Below are positions 1 through 9,765 of a DNA stretch of 64,000 nt, piece after piece. Numbering within the stretch: the stretch's first letter is position 1; every line of letters begins with the position of its first letter. The notes below the pieces were generated by a model, which was given only the letters and a program-made list of their open reading frames with translations, had not been told where the DNA came from and did not search any database. Source of the DNA: Syntrophales bacterium (GTDB taxonomy: Bacteria > Desulfobacterota > Syntrophia > Syntrophales > UBA6807); the NCBI GenBank assembly GCA_040767195.1, contig JAXGPA010000007.1, forward strand, positions 1-64,000, given 5' to 3'. Made by a program: the position numbers and the translations under genes.

Positions 1-246
1 ATGGCGTTCAACCAGCCCGTTTTTCTCCAGACGATCAACGAGGCGCGTCACCGCGGAGTTACCGATGTCGAAAACCTCTCCCAATTCCGACATGGTCAGC
101 ATGTCCTGCCGCTTCAGAAAGAAGAGTATGCCTGCCTGCGTCATCGTCAATTCCACCCCTGCCTTGGAAAGGGCCGTGTTTGTATAGTCCTTCATGGTCT
201 GCTGGGCTACCGAAAGGAGATAGATCAGGCGGTCGTCGGATTTCAT
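1..246 (-). CDS. MarR family transcriptional regulator (runs off window start)
   Basis: Manual translation of the minus strand: MKSDDRLIYLLSVAQQTMKDYTNTALSKAGVELTMTQAGILFFLKRQDMLTMSELGEVFDIGNSAVTRLVDRLEKNGLVERH; winged-HTH pattern 'SAVTRLVDRLEKNGLVER'. Not in the ORF track because it has no stop in the window. Confidence 0.85.
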   Translation of the reverse strand, partial: MKSDDRLIYLLSVAQQTMKDYTNTALSKAGVELTMTQAGILFFLKRQDMLTMSELGEVFDIGNSAVTRLVDRLEKNGLVERH

Positions 247-285
247 GGTGTGCATTCCCGGGGTTCGTTTATTTATTTGCCCATG

Positions 286-314
286 GATATAGTTGCTTAG
301 GAAATATTTGTCAA
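286..314 (-). promoter_or_regulatory. Putative sigma70 promoter of the MarR gene with an overlapping imperfect palindrome (candidate auto-operator)
   Basis: Minus-strand TTGACA (314-309), 17 nt, TATATC (291-286); imperfect inverted repeat ATAGTTGC-TTA-GGAAATAT (289-307) lies across the spacer. Confidence 0.45.
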
Positions 315-655
315 GTGAAAAAATAGGGCTCCCGGGATTACGCGGAATCGTATGCGTCTCGACACCGGTAAACGGGTTTCGTCTGGTTCTATGGCAAAGG
401 CAAGGGGTGATCAGATCATATGATCGCAGGCCTGGATCATTACCGTAGAGGGATCAAAAGGGATCGTGTCGGAAAAGTGACGCGGGTTAAACGGGCCATC
501 CGCCTTCGGGCGCCTGTTGGCAGATACTTGCTGATGTCAAACATTGACGGGCCGCCTGGCCATGTCCGGAATGGTCGGGCTGAAACTTTTCATGAAATCG
601 GACGGGCGGGAGAGGGACCGGCGGAGCGGTTCAGGCATCCTGAAGGATCCTGTGC

Positions 656-1003
656 CTACTTGGATTCCAGGTGCGATTTGGCCGTGCGCACGGCGAGATC
701 CCTGTCTTTGGTAAACAGCCACCAGGGATCTTTCGACGTGTGAACGGCGTCGCCGTCCCGGTCACGCCCCCGGCTGCGATACCAGTGACCGAAGCGCTCG
801 ACCGTCGCGAACGGGTGATTTTCCGCACAGAGCATCCCGCAGGGTTTGATCTCCTCAAAAAAAACGGTTTCATCGGGATCCTGGTCATAAGAAAGCCCTT
901 CGGGCAGCGTGATGTGAGACACGTCAAGGTTTTCCGCCTCCATTTCGTCGAGCCAGTCGGAGATGCCCCGTTCACCCGTTTTCCTGTTTTTCACGATCGT
1001 CAC
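656..1003 (-). CDS. Hypothetical protein (115 aa)
   Basis: AAGGGAGG RBS at the 5' end; natural globular acidic composition; no family recognised. The start may be the nearby downstream GTG. Confidence 0.6.
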   Translation of the reverse strand: MTIVKNRKTGERGISDWLDEMEAENLDVSHITLPEGLSYDQDPDETVFFEEIKPCGMLCAENHPFATVERFGHWYRSRGRDRDGDAVHTSKDPWWLFTKDRDLAVRTAKSHLESK

Positions 1004-1205
1004 CTCCCTTTGTTGAACAAGTGAAGTCCGCTGATATCCCGCATTTTACCGCTGAAACCCGTCTCCTTACAACCGTTTCGAAAGGAAATGGCAGGTCTGT
1101 TTGTCGGCCTCGCCGCTTCGGGCATCAGGCCCGGTGCGGCCGGTTCAACGCCTCGGGGAAGGGCGGGGGGCCGGAAGAGGGGGGCCGGATTTGCGAGAAA
1201 GGATT

Positions 1206-2042
1206 TTAATGGTTTAACGGCCCGTGGCTGACGAGATCGACGGTGAAGCTGCCGACGAAAACGCTGCTTTTTATTCGAACGGGGATTCGCCGCTTATCCG
1301 CCGTCACCCAGATGAGCAGTTCGGCGTCCCGGCTTTTTTTAAAAACGCCGTCCAGGTCTTTTGTGTCGACCCGCACAAGGAACGTGTCGTAATTCACGCC
1401 TCGGATTTCAATCGCGGTCCTTTCCGTCACGAAGGCTTCTCCTGTGACCGTTTTCTTCCCGTCCGACACGGGAAGGGCCAGGCCTCTCCCGACTTGGAGA
1501 TCGAAAAAACGGAAGGCGAAAAACATGGAAAGGGGGTCGTATGATCCGGGAAGAAGCGCCACCGAGGCGTGCTCTTCTCCGTGATTGAAATAGCGGGCTC
1601 TCTTTTCCTCCCAGTCATAGGTCACCGTCACGTCTCTCCTGGTTTTGCCTTCGCTGACCTTCTTGTAAAGGAGCGACTTCTTCATCTCTCCGTCGGTGAA
1701 GCCCTCCATGCGGTCCCGGACGCGATAGAAAATGTCACCGAATGCGTTGGTCCGGACGGCCATTGAAAAATGCATCGCTTCAACGCCGTTAAGGCGTGTG
1801 GCGGGCATGACCTGAAGGGTGCCCTCGCCGACGGGTATGAACCCCCAGGTCACGGCAAATGTCAGCTTCTCCCCGGGCCGAAAAGGCATGTCCCCCTCAA
1901 CGGCGGGAGCGTTCATGGGCAGCAGTCCCGTCAAAAGGAAAAGGAGCGGAAAAAGAAAGAAAAAAGCCCTTGACGACAGGCGCCGGAGATGGGGATTTGG
2001 GGAAAATGAGTAACCGTTTCCATGAAAAAATTTATGATTCAT
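1206..2042 (-). CDS. DUF3108 domain-containing exported protein
   Basis: Hydrophobic leader, then 'PFRPGEKLTFAVTWGFIPVGEG', 'YDPLSMFF' and 'IWVTADKRRIPVRIKS' typical of DUF3108. Start uncertain (ORF open to 2075). Confidence 0.75.
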   Translation of the reverse strand: MNHKFFHGNGYSFSPNPHLRRLSSRAFFFLFPLLFLLTGLLPMNAPAVEGDMPFRPGEKLTFAVTWGFIPVGEGTLQVMPATRLNGVEAMHFSMAVRTNAFGDIFYRVRDRMEGFTDGEMKKSLLYKKVSEGKTRRDVTVTYDWEEKRARYFNHGEEHASVALLPGSYDPLSMFFAFRFFDLQVGRGLALPVSDGKKTVTGEAFVTERTAIEIRGVNYDTFLVRVDTKDLDGVFKKSRDAELLIWVTADKRRIPVRIKSSVFVGSFTVDLVSHGPLNH

Positions 2043-2267
2043 AAGCCTGAAACCGTCGGGCAGAAAAGATGTCACAAGGTTCTCGAAGCAAATGCCCGTG
2101 TCTGTTCGTCACCAAGGTATGCCGACCGCTCCGCTGCGGAACGGGCGGCGAAACGAAAGGGTGCGGACCGGTCAAGGACGGTCCAGGAATGCCGCCCGTA
2201 GCAACAGGGCGTCGCCCCCTTCTCAGGGCGGGACAGGATTTGGGCGTGGAAAAACGCGGGAAGTCTT

Positions 2268-3572
2268 TCAGAGGCGGTCATCCCCGCGACGAAGGGCGAT
2301 CTTCAACGACGACTTGTCCATCATGGCCGTCAGCTCGCCGACCCGATCCTTGAACGCCGCGAGCTTTTCCCTGGGAACGGCTGTCTCCGTCGGAATCCTG
2401 GCGGTTAACGGGTTCACCGGGTGTCCGTTTATGTGCAGCTCGTAGTGCAGGTGCGGCCCCGTCGTGCGGCCGGTGCGGCCGGACAGGGCGATCCGCTGGC
2501 CGCGATCGACCGCCTGTCCCCGCTTCACCAGGATCCGGCTCAAGTGCAGGTAACGGGTGGCATACTGGCTGCCGTGCTGGACCTCGATGTACCTGCCGGC
2601 GAAAGGGTGGTTGTGGACACGGGTCACCACGCCGTCGCCGGCGGAGAGAACCGGTGTGCCCGGGGGCATGGCGAAATCGACGCCGTTGTGCGGCGTTACG
2701 CGGTGTGTCACGGGGTGGCGGCGCTTCGGGCTGAATCGCGAGGTGATCCTGCAGCTTCCCTTCATGGGATAGCGCCGGAAGGCCCGCGCCAGGCTTTTCC
2801 CCTCGTGGTCGTAGTAATTCCCGTCATCGAAGAGGAACGCGCTGTACACCCGCGTTCCACGGAAAATGCGTATTCCCTCGATCCGGCTCTGACCCGTGAA
2901 TTCCCCGTTCACGAACTGGCGGCTTCGGATGACCTGGAAGCGGTCGCCGGCCCGCATGTCCCGGGCGAACTGTATCTGGTCGCGAAAAAGATCGGTGATG
3001 TTGACCGTTTCCGGGTCGGTCAGGGCGGCGTTTCGGGCGGACAGGTAGAAACTGCTCGTGATGTCGCCGTCGACAAGTTCCGTTTGCCATTCGCCGGGAA
3101 GGTCAATCTCATCGTAAGAGAAACCGGTGTCGTCCACCCGGCTGTAGACGACCCGCTTCCCGGGGTGAATGAACAGTTCCATCGACTTCAGTTCCCGGGT
3201 TTCCCGGTCCAGGGTAAAGGTAAGCACGTGTCCCGGGTTCAGGACATCCAGGGCCAGGAGCGGCTCGTCCGCTGAGAGAACCTGCGCCATGGTGCCGTGG
3301 CTTATCCCATGGTTTTCAAAAATGGCACACAAGGTGTCCCCGGCGACAATGGTCCACTTGAAGACGGGGTCCGGTTCCGGGATAAGAAGAGGCTTTTCCG
3401 CGATCCTTGTTTCGGGTGGGTTCGTGTCCTCTAGGGCGAGAACGGGAGGATCAAAAGCTTTCCAGGTGAGCATCGGCAACGCCGCGATCAGGAAGGCGCA
3501 CAGAAAAAAAACCCGGCGCCTGAGGCGCTTCTTGGCGCGGCGTTCCCGGTAAAAACTCCAGAAAGATTCCAT
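2268..3572 (-). CDS. mepM: M23 family peptidoglycan DD-endopeptidase (MepM/YebA-like)
   Basis: N-terminal TM, LysM-like segment, Csd3-type middle domain, HxxxD (HNGVD) and HxH (PHLHYE) M23 zinc motifs. Confidence 0.88.
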   Translation of the reverse strand: MESFWSFYRERRAKKRLRRRVFFLCAFLIAALPMLTWKAFDPPVLALEDTNPPETRIAEKPLLIPEPDPVFKWTIVAGDTLCAIFENHGISHGTMAQVLSADEPLLALDVLNPGHVLTFTLDRETRELKSMELFIHPGKRVVYSRVDDTGFSYDEIDLPGEWQTELVDGDITSSFYLSARNAALTDPETVNITDLFRDQIQFARDMRAGDRFQVIRSRQFVNGEFTGQSRIEGIRIFRGTRVYSAFLFDDGNYYDHEGKSLARAFRRYPMKGSCRITSRFSPKRRHPVTHRVTPHNGVDFAMPPGTPVLSAGDGVVTRVHNHPFAGRYIEVQHGSQYATRYLHLSRILVKRGQAVDRGQRIALSGRTGRTTGPHLHYELHINGHPVNPLTARIPTETAVPREKLAAFKDRVGELTAMMDKSSLKIALRRGDDRL

Positions 3573-3767
3573 AATGACCAGACCGATCAGGATGATGCTT
3601 CCATAAAATCGTATAATTATACCTTACAAGCGGTGACAATGTAAACCATTTATTAAAAAAAATGACGGCCGGCCTCATTTTTTTGAAGAGACGAAAAAAA
3701 CCGAAGGCCCTTGCTTCATCAGATCGTGTTAGTATAAAAAGAACAGGAAGAACAAAGGAGCGTTTTC

Positions 3768-5999
3768 ATGAACATCAGGGGCCACTTGGAAATAGGCAGG
3801 ACATGTCTTGTCCTCTTCCTGGCAGGCACGCTTCTTCTCGGTGCCTGTGCAACGGGCGACATCGTTCTTCGGAGCAAAAACCTCATCGAGGTCCAGGGAC
3901 GGCCCGATGAGGCGATCCGCCTCCTCGAGTCGGAGCTTCAGCGCAGGCCGTCATCGGCGCCTCTCTGGTACTGGCTGGGGATCGGCCGCTTCAAGAAGGC
4001 CGACTTCGGCGGCGCCGCGACAGCCCTGGAACGGTCATTCGATTTGAACCTCTACAAGACCTACCGGTTGACGGGATACGACTACCTCGGGTGGGCCCGC
4101 TTCTATACCGGCGACTACGATAAGGCCATCGAGGCTTTCAACGGGTCCCTTTCGATCAACCCGAATTACGCCGACTCCCTGTTTGGGCGGGGAAGGGCCG
4201 CGCTGAAAAAGAACGACACGGACAAGGCCATCGAGGATCTGACCCGCTTTCTCGCCTTTCAACGGGGAAACGCGGACGCTCTCCGTGACCGGGGATGGGC
4301 CTACCTGTTCAAGGTGCGGCACGCCGAAGCGCTGGCGGATTTTCAGGAGTCTTTCAGGAACATCGCCCCGGGTGACCGCTTCAGGCTCCAGGACGCCTAC
4401 CGCGGGCAGGGGTGGACCTATCGCTTCATGGGACAATTCGAGCCCGCCGTCGAGGCTTTCGACAAGGCCCTTTCAAACACAGATCCGGGTAACCGGATGG
4501 CTCTCCTCGACGGGTATCACGGCCGGGGATGGTGTCACTATTACCGGGGAAACTTTGAGGGAGCCCTTCGGGATTTCGACAGCGTCCTTCAATACACCGG
4601 TCCTGAAGACCGTCATTATCTGAAAGAGGCGGGCCGCGGAAAGGCGTTTGCCCTGGCGGGCCTTGGAAGGAATCGAGAGGCCGTGGATTCCATGAACCGG
4701 GCCTACGAAGGGGCGGGCGAAGGGGCCGCCGCCCAGGACCTGATGCTCCTTCACTATGCCATGGGGGATACAGGGAAAGCCTGGTTTTACCGGGGAGGCG
4801 AGGGGTTCGTCGGCGCCGCCCTTCAGGACAGCACGGGCAGCCCTCCCGTAGAAATACGCATTGTCGATGTCACGGTCGACGGGCCGGCCGCCCGGGCGGG
4901 TCTCCGGTCCGGCGACATCCTCACGGCTCTCCAGGGAAGGCCCCTGTCGAGCAGCCAGGAGGCGGCCCGGACGATCACGGGGCTGGAACCGGGCCGGTCG
5001 GTAACCGCCACGGTGCGCCGTGACGGCCGGCAGGTGGCTCTGCCGGTCACCGTGGCCTCCGCCGCACCCATCCTGGAACAGGACAGAACGATCGAGCCCC
5101 TCCTGAAAGCCCGGCAACGGGTCGCTTCGCGGGAACAGCGCCCGGGATGGGCGGAAACGGGGCCGTCGGTCCGGCCGCCGTCGTTCCCCGAGAGGCCAGC
5201 CCGCGGTATTTCCCGTGCCTGGGCCGTCGTTGTGGGCATCTCCAGGTACCGTTATGCCACGGCGGAAGGTCTCACGAACCTGGCCTTCGCCGACGAGGAC
5301 GCCCGGGCCTTCGCGGAGGCGCTCATCGCCCTCGGGTGGGACGATTCTCACATCAGGCGGCTCATCAACGAAGAGGCGACCCTGCGAAACATCGTGATCG
5401 CCCTGGAATCCTGGCTGACCAAGGCGGGCCCCGACGACCTCATCGTCCTCTTCTGGTCGGGTCACGGTTTCCCGGACCCGGAAGACCCCGAGAAGGTCTA
5501 TTTCGCTTGCTATGACACGGACATCCGCATTCCCGCCACGGGTTACCGGATGGACAAGGTCCGCCAGGCCCTGGAAGAGAGGCGGTCCCGGAACGTGATC
5601 CTCCTGGCCGACACCTGCCACGCGGGAAAGCTGATCACCCGGGGCGGCAGGGGCATTTCCATCGTGCCGCAGATCGACAAGATGAGAAGGGAACAGGCCG
5701 TTCCCAAGGGGTGGATCTTCATGGTCGGGGCCGATTCGGACCGCCAGGCCATCGAGCATTCTTCCTGGACGAACGGGGCCTTCACCCACACCCTGCTCAA
5801 GGGCCTTTCCGGGGAAGCGGACGGATACGAAAGCATCGGGCCGAGGGACGGCGTGGTGACCATGGGCGAACTGCGGGGGTTTCTCAACGCCGTCATGCCC
5901 GACGAGACTCAGAGGGTCCTGGGGGCCGCGAAAAGGCCGGTCATCACGACGAGCACCGGGGACCCCGAAATCTGGAACCTGTCGATCCAGTTTCCCTGA
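3768..5999 (+). CDS. Exported (probable lipoprotein) TPR + PDZ + caspase-family (peptidase C14) protein
   Basis: Signal peptide ending LGAC; multiple TPRs; PDZ 'DGPAARAGLRSGDILTALQG'; C14 domain 'WAVVVGISRY...FWSGHG...LADTCHAG...NGAFTHTLLKGL'. Confidence 0.85.
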   Translation: MNIRGHLEIGRTCLVLFLAGTLLLGACATGDIVLRSKNLIEVQGRPDEAIRLLESELQRRPSSAPLWYWLGIGRFKKADFGGAATALERSFDLNLYKTYRLTGYDYLGWARFYTGDYDKAIEAFNGSLSINPNYADSLFGRGRAALKKNDTDKAIEDLTRFLAFQRGNADALRDRGWAYLFKVRHAEALADFQESFRNIAPGDRFRLQDAYRGQGWTYRFMGQFEPAVEAFDKALSNTDPGNRMALLDGYHGRGWCHYYRGNFEGALRDFDSVLQYTGPEDRHYLKEAGRGKAFALAGLGRNREAVDSMNRAYEGAGEGAAAQDLMLLHYAMGDTGKAWFYRGGEGFVGAALQDSTGSPPVEIRIVDVTVDGPAARAGLRSGDILTALQGRPLSSSQEAARTITGLEPGRSVTATVRRDGRQVALPVTVASAAPILEQDRTIEPLLKARQRVASREQRPGWAETGPSVRPPSFPERPARGISRAWAVVVGISRYRYATAEGLTNLAFADEDARAFAEALIALGWDDSHIRRLINEEATLRNIVIALESWLTKAGPDDLIVLFWSGHGFPDPEDPEKVYFACYDTDIRIPATGYRMDKVRQALEERRSRNVILLADTCHAGKLITRGGRGISIVPQIDKMRREQAVPKGWIFMVGADSDRQAIEHSSWTNGAFTHTLLKGLSGEADGYESIGPRDGVVTMGELRGFLNAVMPDETQRVLGAAKRPVITTSTGDPEIWNLSIQFP

Positions 6000-6036
6000 A
6001 CCGGGGGAGAGTCGACGGCGCGGGGACCCTCGGAGT

Positions 6037-6927
6037 TCAGAATCCCGCCTGTCCCTTCAGGGCGGCGATCCGATCGTCCAGGGGGGGATGGCTCATGAAG
6101 AGCAGCTTCAGGCCGTGGGCCGCCGGTTTTCCGTTGATGCCGAAAGCGGACATCTGATCCGGAAGGGGTTCCCGGGCTCCCGCTTTCAGCTTTTCCAGGG
6201 CGGAAATCATTTTTTCCCGGCCCGCCAGCCGGGCGCCCCCCGCATCGGCCCGGAATTCCCGCTGCCGGCTGAACCAGAGCACGATGACGCTCGCCAGGAT
6301 TCCGAAAACGACCTGGGCCACGATGGTGGTGACAAAAAAGCCGATGCCGTGGCCTTCCTCGTTTTTCAGGACGACCCGGTCCACCACATGGCCGACGACC
6401 CGGGACAGGAATATGACAAAGGTGTTCACAACGCCCTGGATCAGGGTCAAGGTCACCATGTCGCCGTTGGCCACGTGGCTCACTTCGTGGCCCAGGACCG
6501 CCTCGACCTCGTCGCGGTTCATGTGGCGAAGAAGCCCCGTGCTCACGGCCACCAGGGACTTGTTCCTGTTCATGCCCGTGGCGAAGGCGTTGGGAGACGG
6601 GGAGTCGAAGACGGCCACTTCAGGCATGCCGATCCCCGCCCGGGAGGCCAGGTTTCGAACCGTTTCCAGGAGCCAGGCCTGTGCGTCGTTCTGGGGCGAC
6701 GCTATGACCCGGGCGCCGGTCAGGCGCTTGGCCGTCCACTTGGACATGGCCAGGGAAATGAGCGACCCGCCGAAGCCGAAGAGGGCTGCGAAAACCAGCA
6801 GGTTGTAATAATTAAGGCCGGTTCCGCTCTGATCGAGAATGCTGTCCACTCCCAGGAGGCGCATGACGATGCTCAAGACCAGGATGACGGCAATGTTCGT
6901 TACCAGGAACAGCATGATTCTTTTCAT
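6037..6927 (-). CDS. htpX: Zinc metalloprotease HtpX
   Basis: [11 protein letters not shown] start, PNAFATG, HEVSH zincin motif, [21 protein letters not shown]. Confidence 0.95.
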   Translation of the reverse strand: MKRIMLFLVTNIAVILVLSIVMRLLGVDSILDQSGTGLNYYNLLVFAALFGFGGSLISLAMSKWTAKRLTGARVIASPQNDAQAWLLETVRNLASRAGIGMPEVAVFDSPSPNAFATGMNRNKSLVAVSTGLLRHMNRDEVEAVLGHEVSHVANGDMVTLTLIQGVVNTFVIFLSRVVGHVVDRVVLKNEEGHGIGFFVTTIVAQVVFGILASVIVLWFSRQREFRADAGGARLAGREKMISALEKLKAGAREPLPDQMSAFGINGKPAAHGLKLLFMSHPPLDDRIAALKGQAGF

Positions 6928-7083
6928 ATTTCGTTAACGCTCCTTTTCTTGGTGGTGTTGACAGGTAAAATCTGCCAAAGTTGCCGGCCGTTGTCAAGAA
7001 ATCCCGGTCGGGCTGAAATGGGGCCGGGTTTCATTGCTTTGGAAAAGTCAGCATTTATAAAATCCCTGTGAAGGAGGCCCTTC

Positions 7084-8952
7084 ATGGATGAGCCGATCCA
7101 CGTGAATGCCCTGTTTCTCGGTCCGAAGGCGGAAAATTATCGTTTTTTCAGGGAAATGCTGGTCTATCTCATGGACGACCACGTCGACTGGCGCCGTTTC
7201 TTTCATCCCGACGATCCGCCCGTCGTCACGGGAGAGACGCAGAACCGACCGGACTTTCTCGCCACCCTGCAGAAAACGCGGGAAGCCCTGATCGAACTGG
7301 CGGGCAATCTCCAGCTCAGTTCCATGCCGTGGTTCTCCCCGCGCTACCTGGGGCACATGAACACGGACACGCTCATGGCGGCCAACCTGGGTTACATGCT
7401 GACCCTCCTTTACAATCCCAACAACTGCGCCTACGAGGGATCACCGGCCACCACGGCCCTGGAGATCGAGGTGGGCCGGCAGCTGGCGGGGATGATGGGG
7501 TACGAGACGGAAAAAGCCTGGGGACACGTCACATCCGGGGGAACCGTGGCCAATTACGAAGGCCTGTGGATGGCGCGGAATCTCAAGTCGATTCCCCCGG
7601 CGGTCCGGGAATGCCTGCCGGAGCTCACGGCGGGGATGGACGACTGGCGGCTCCTGAACCTTCCGACGGGGGAGATCCTCGATCTCGCGGACCGGGTGAA
7701 GGCGGCGGGGTGTTTCGAGGACCTGCGTCGTTCTTCCGTCCGCGGGGCAGGCATGTCGGGGGGGCGTCTCGGCAAGGTCCTGGTGCCCCAGTCGAAACAC
7801 TACTCCTGGACGAAGGCGGTGGACGTTCTCGGCATCGGCCAGGAAAACCTGGTGTCCGTACCCGTGAAAGGCGACTACCGCGTGGACACCGCCGCCCTCA
7901 GGGAAATCATCGAAGGTCTTGCGGCAAGGAAGATCCCGATCCTGGCCGTCGTCGGGGTGGTCGGAACGACGGAGGAAGGGGCCATCGACGAGATTCACGA
8001 GATCGTCCGGCTGCGGGACCGGTTCGAGGACCGGGGCGTTTCCTTCTACCTCCACCTCGACGCCGCCTATGGCGGCTATGCCCGGTCCCTTTTCCTGGAC
8101 GACGGGGGCCGGTTCATGGGGTACAACGAGGTCCACCGTCAGCATGCCCGCCAGGGCGTCCTTCACGGTGACACGGAATGGCTCACCGCGGACGTCTACG
8201 AAGCCTTCCGGGCGATGCCGGAGGCGGACTCGATCACCGTTGACCCGCACAAGATGGGGTATGTGCCCTACGCGGCGGGTGCCATCGTGGCCCGGGACCG
8301 CCGCGTCATCGACCTCATTTCCTACTTCGCCGCCTACGTGTTCGAGAAAAGCGACGACAATCCCATGCTCCTGGGCAGCTACATCCTGGAAGGTTCCAAG
8401 GCGGGGGCCGCCGTGGCGGCCGTCTGGATGGCCCACCGGGTGGTGCCCCTCGACATCACCGGATACGGGCGGATCATCGGGTGCAGCATCGAGGGGGCCT
8501 ACCGTTTTTACAGGTCTCTCCTCGAGAACGGTCCCATCGACGTGGGCGGCCGCGCGTTCGACGTCATTCCCCTGGCGAGACCGGACCTGAACATCGTCGA
8601 CTACGCCTTCCACGAGAGGGGTGACGGCAGCCTGGAACGGATGAACGCCCTGAACCAGGCCGTTTACGAGCAGTGCTCCTACAAAAGCGGTCCCGTGTAC
8701 GTCAATGACTTCATCACGTCCAAAACGGCGCTGACGCGGGAAGAGTACGGCGAAACCCCCAGGGCCTACGTGGAGCGTTTCGGAATCGGCGCCGGCGAGT
8801 GGGACCGCCTGGGAAGCGTCTATGTCCTCCGTTCCTGCATCCTGACGCCCTACCTGACGGGAAACACGACCTACGAGGAGTACTGGCGGAATTTCATGGG
8901 AGCGGTGACACGGGCCATCGGACGGGTTTACGGGGACTTTCACGGGCGATGA
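7084..8952 (+). CDS. PLP-dependent group II decarboxylase, tyrosine decarboxylase-like
   Basis: 'NALFLGPKAEN', 'RYLGHMN', 'ANYEGLWMARNLKS', 'HLDAAYGGY', PLP-Lys motif 'TVDPHKMGYVPY', 'YILEGSKAGA'; colinear with enterococcal/lactobacillus TyrDC as I recall it. Confidence 0.85.
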   Translation: MDEPIHVNALFLGPKAENYRFFREMLVYLMDDHVDWRRFFHPDDPPVVTGETQNRPDFLATLQKTREALIELAGNLQLSSMPWFSPRYLGHMNTDTLMAANLGYMLTLLYNPNNCAYEGSPATTALEIEVGRQLAGMMGYETEKAWGHVTSGGTVANYEGLWMARNLKSIPPAVRECLPELTAGMDDWRLLNLPTGEILDLADRVKAAGCFEDLRRSSVRGAGMSGGRLGKVLVPQSKHYSWTKAVDVLGIGQENLVSVPVKGDYRVDTAALREIIEGLAARKIPILAVVGVVGTTEEGAIDEIHEIVRLRDRFEDRGVSFYLHLDAAYGGYARSLFLDDGGRFMGYNEVHRQHARQGVLHGDTEWLTADVYEAFRAMPEADSITVDPHKMGYVPYAAGAIVARDRRVIDLISYFAAYVFEKSDDNPMLLGSYILEGSKAGAAVAAVWMAHRVVPLDITGYGRIIGCSIEGAYRFYRSLLENGPIDVGGRAFDVIPLARPDLNIVDYAFHERGDGSLERMNALNQAVYEQCSYKSGPVYVNDFITSKTALTREEYGETPRAYVERFGIGAGEWDRLGSVYVLRSCILTPYLTGNTTYEEYWRNFMGAVTRAIGRVYGDFHGR

Positions 8953-9193
8953 ACCCGCCTGGGGAGGAACCTTCCGCTATTCCGCCACGGTCCGCTTCAG
9001 TATGATCCGGGCGAAGAGAGCCGTTTTCGGGAAGAGCGGTTCGAGAAACCTCTAAAGGGAAGGCCAGGCGGGAAAAGTCCGGCGTTGCTGAAAATGATTG
9101 CAGGAAACGCCGCCGCGATCCGTGGACACAGGTTTCCTCATCGCCTGGTGATGACAAGGCCAAAAAGGCGAGAAAAAGGTCGGGACGACATGG

Positions 9194-9592
9194 TCAGTGG
9201 GCCTGTCCCTTTTCCCTCAGGGCATAGACATCGACGAAATGCCCGATGCTGTATTCCTGCTCCCGGGACAGCGACTGAAACTCAAGGGTGCAAAGCCGGA
9301 TATTGAGGGAATTGGAATAGTGATCGGTCAGGGGAATGTCGTTTACGACACGGCATTCCACCTTGCCCGCGCCGAGAAGGGGCCGGCCGATGCCAAAAAT
9401 GTCCAGCATTACCGATTCTCCCTTGAGATGGCCTTCCTCGCGGGAAAGGTATTTGAGGGAAAGGCCGTCCACGTCCATTTCGACGATCTGACCCAGGTTC
9501 GTGTAGTGGCAGTTTTTCGGCTTGACGAAAGCGGCCACGGCGCCGTCCTTGGCGGCGAAGCGTTTCTTTTTTTTCTTACCAGGCTCGATCAT
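9194..9592 (-). CDS. PilZ-like domain protein (degenerate c-di-GMP motifs)
   Basis: GGAGGAGG RBS; 'KKKKRF...GQIVEMDVDGLSLKY...ECRVV...LEFQSLS' resembles the PilZ fold with the RxxxR and DxSxxG motifs eroded. Confidence 0.6.
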   Translation of the reverse strand: MIEPGKKKKKRFAAKDGAVAAFVKPKNCHYTNLGQIVEMDVDGLSLKYLSREEGHLKGESVMLDIFGIGRPLLGAGKVECRVVNDIPLTDHYSNSLNIRLCTLEFQSLSREQEYSIGHFVDVYALREKGQAH

Positions 9593-9739
9593 GATTTCCC
9601 CTCCTCCGTTTCTCCTTCCCCGTGGTGCGTCCGGCGCCTTCCTGCCGGTGAGCGCCGGGAAACGGGAACCGTTTCTTCGATGTCCTTTCACGATTAATTT
9701 AGGCAATGCCGGGGAAAAATAAAAGGACAATTGATTGCG

Positions 9740-9760
9740 GTAATATTACGGGTAAATACC
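9740..9760. promoter_or_regulatory. Tandem palindromes GTAATATTAC / GGTAAATACC, candidate regulator site
   Basis: Perfect 10-bp palindrome 9740-9749 and near-perfect one at 9751-9760 in the AT-rich region upstream of the PilZ-like gene. Confidence 0.35.
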
Positions 9761-9765
9761 TGATA

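Noticed and set aside
1..300. 99-aa plus-strand ORF
   Set aside because: Antisense shadow of the MarR gene on the minus strand.
6930..7083. CIRCE/HrcA element upstream of htpX
   Set aside because: No TTAGCACTC-N9-GAGTGCTAA; only opposed TTGACA hexamers consistent with divergent promoters.
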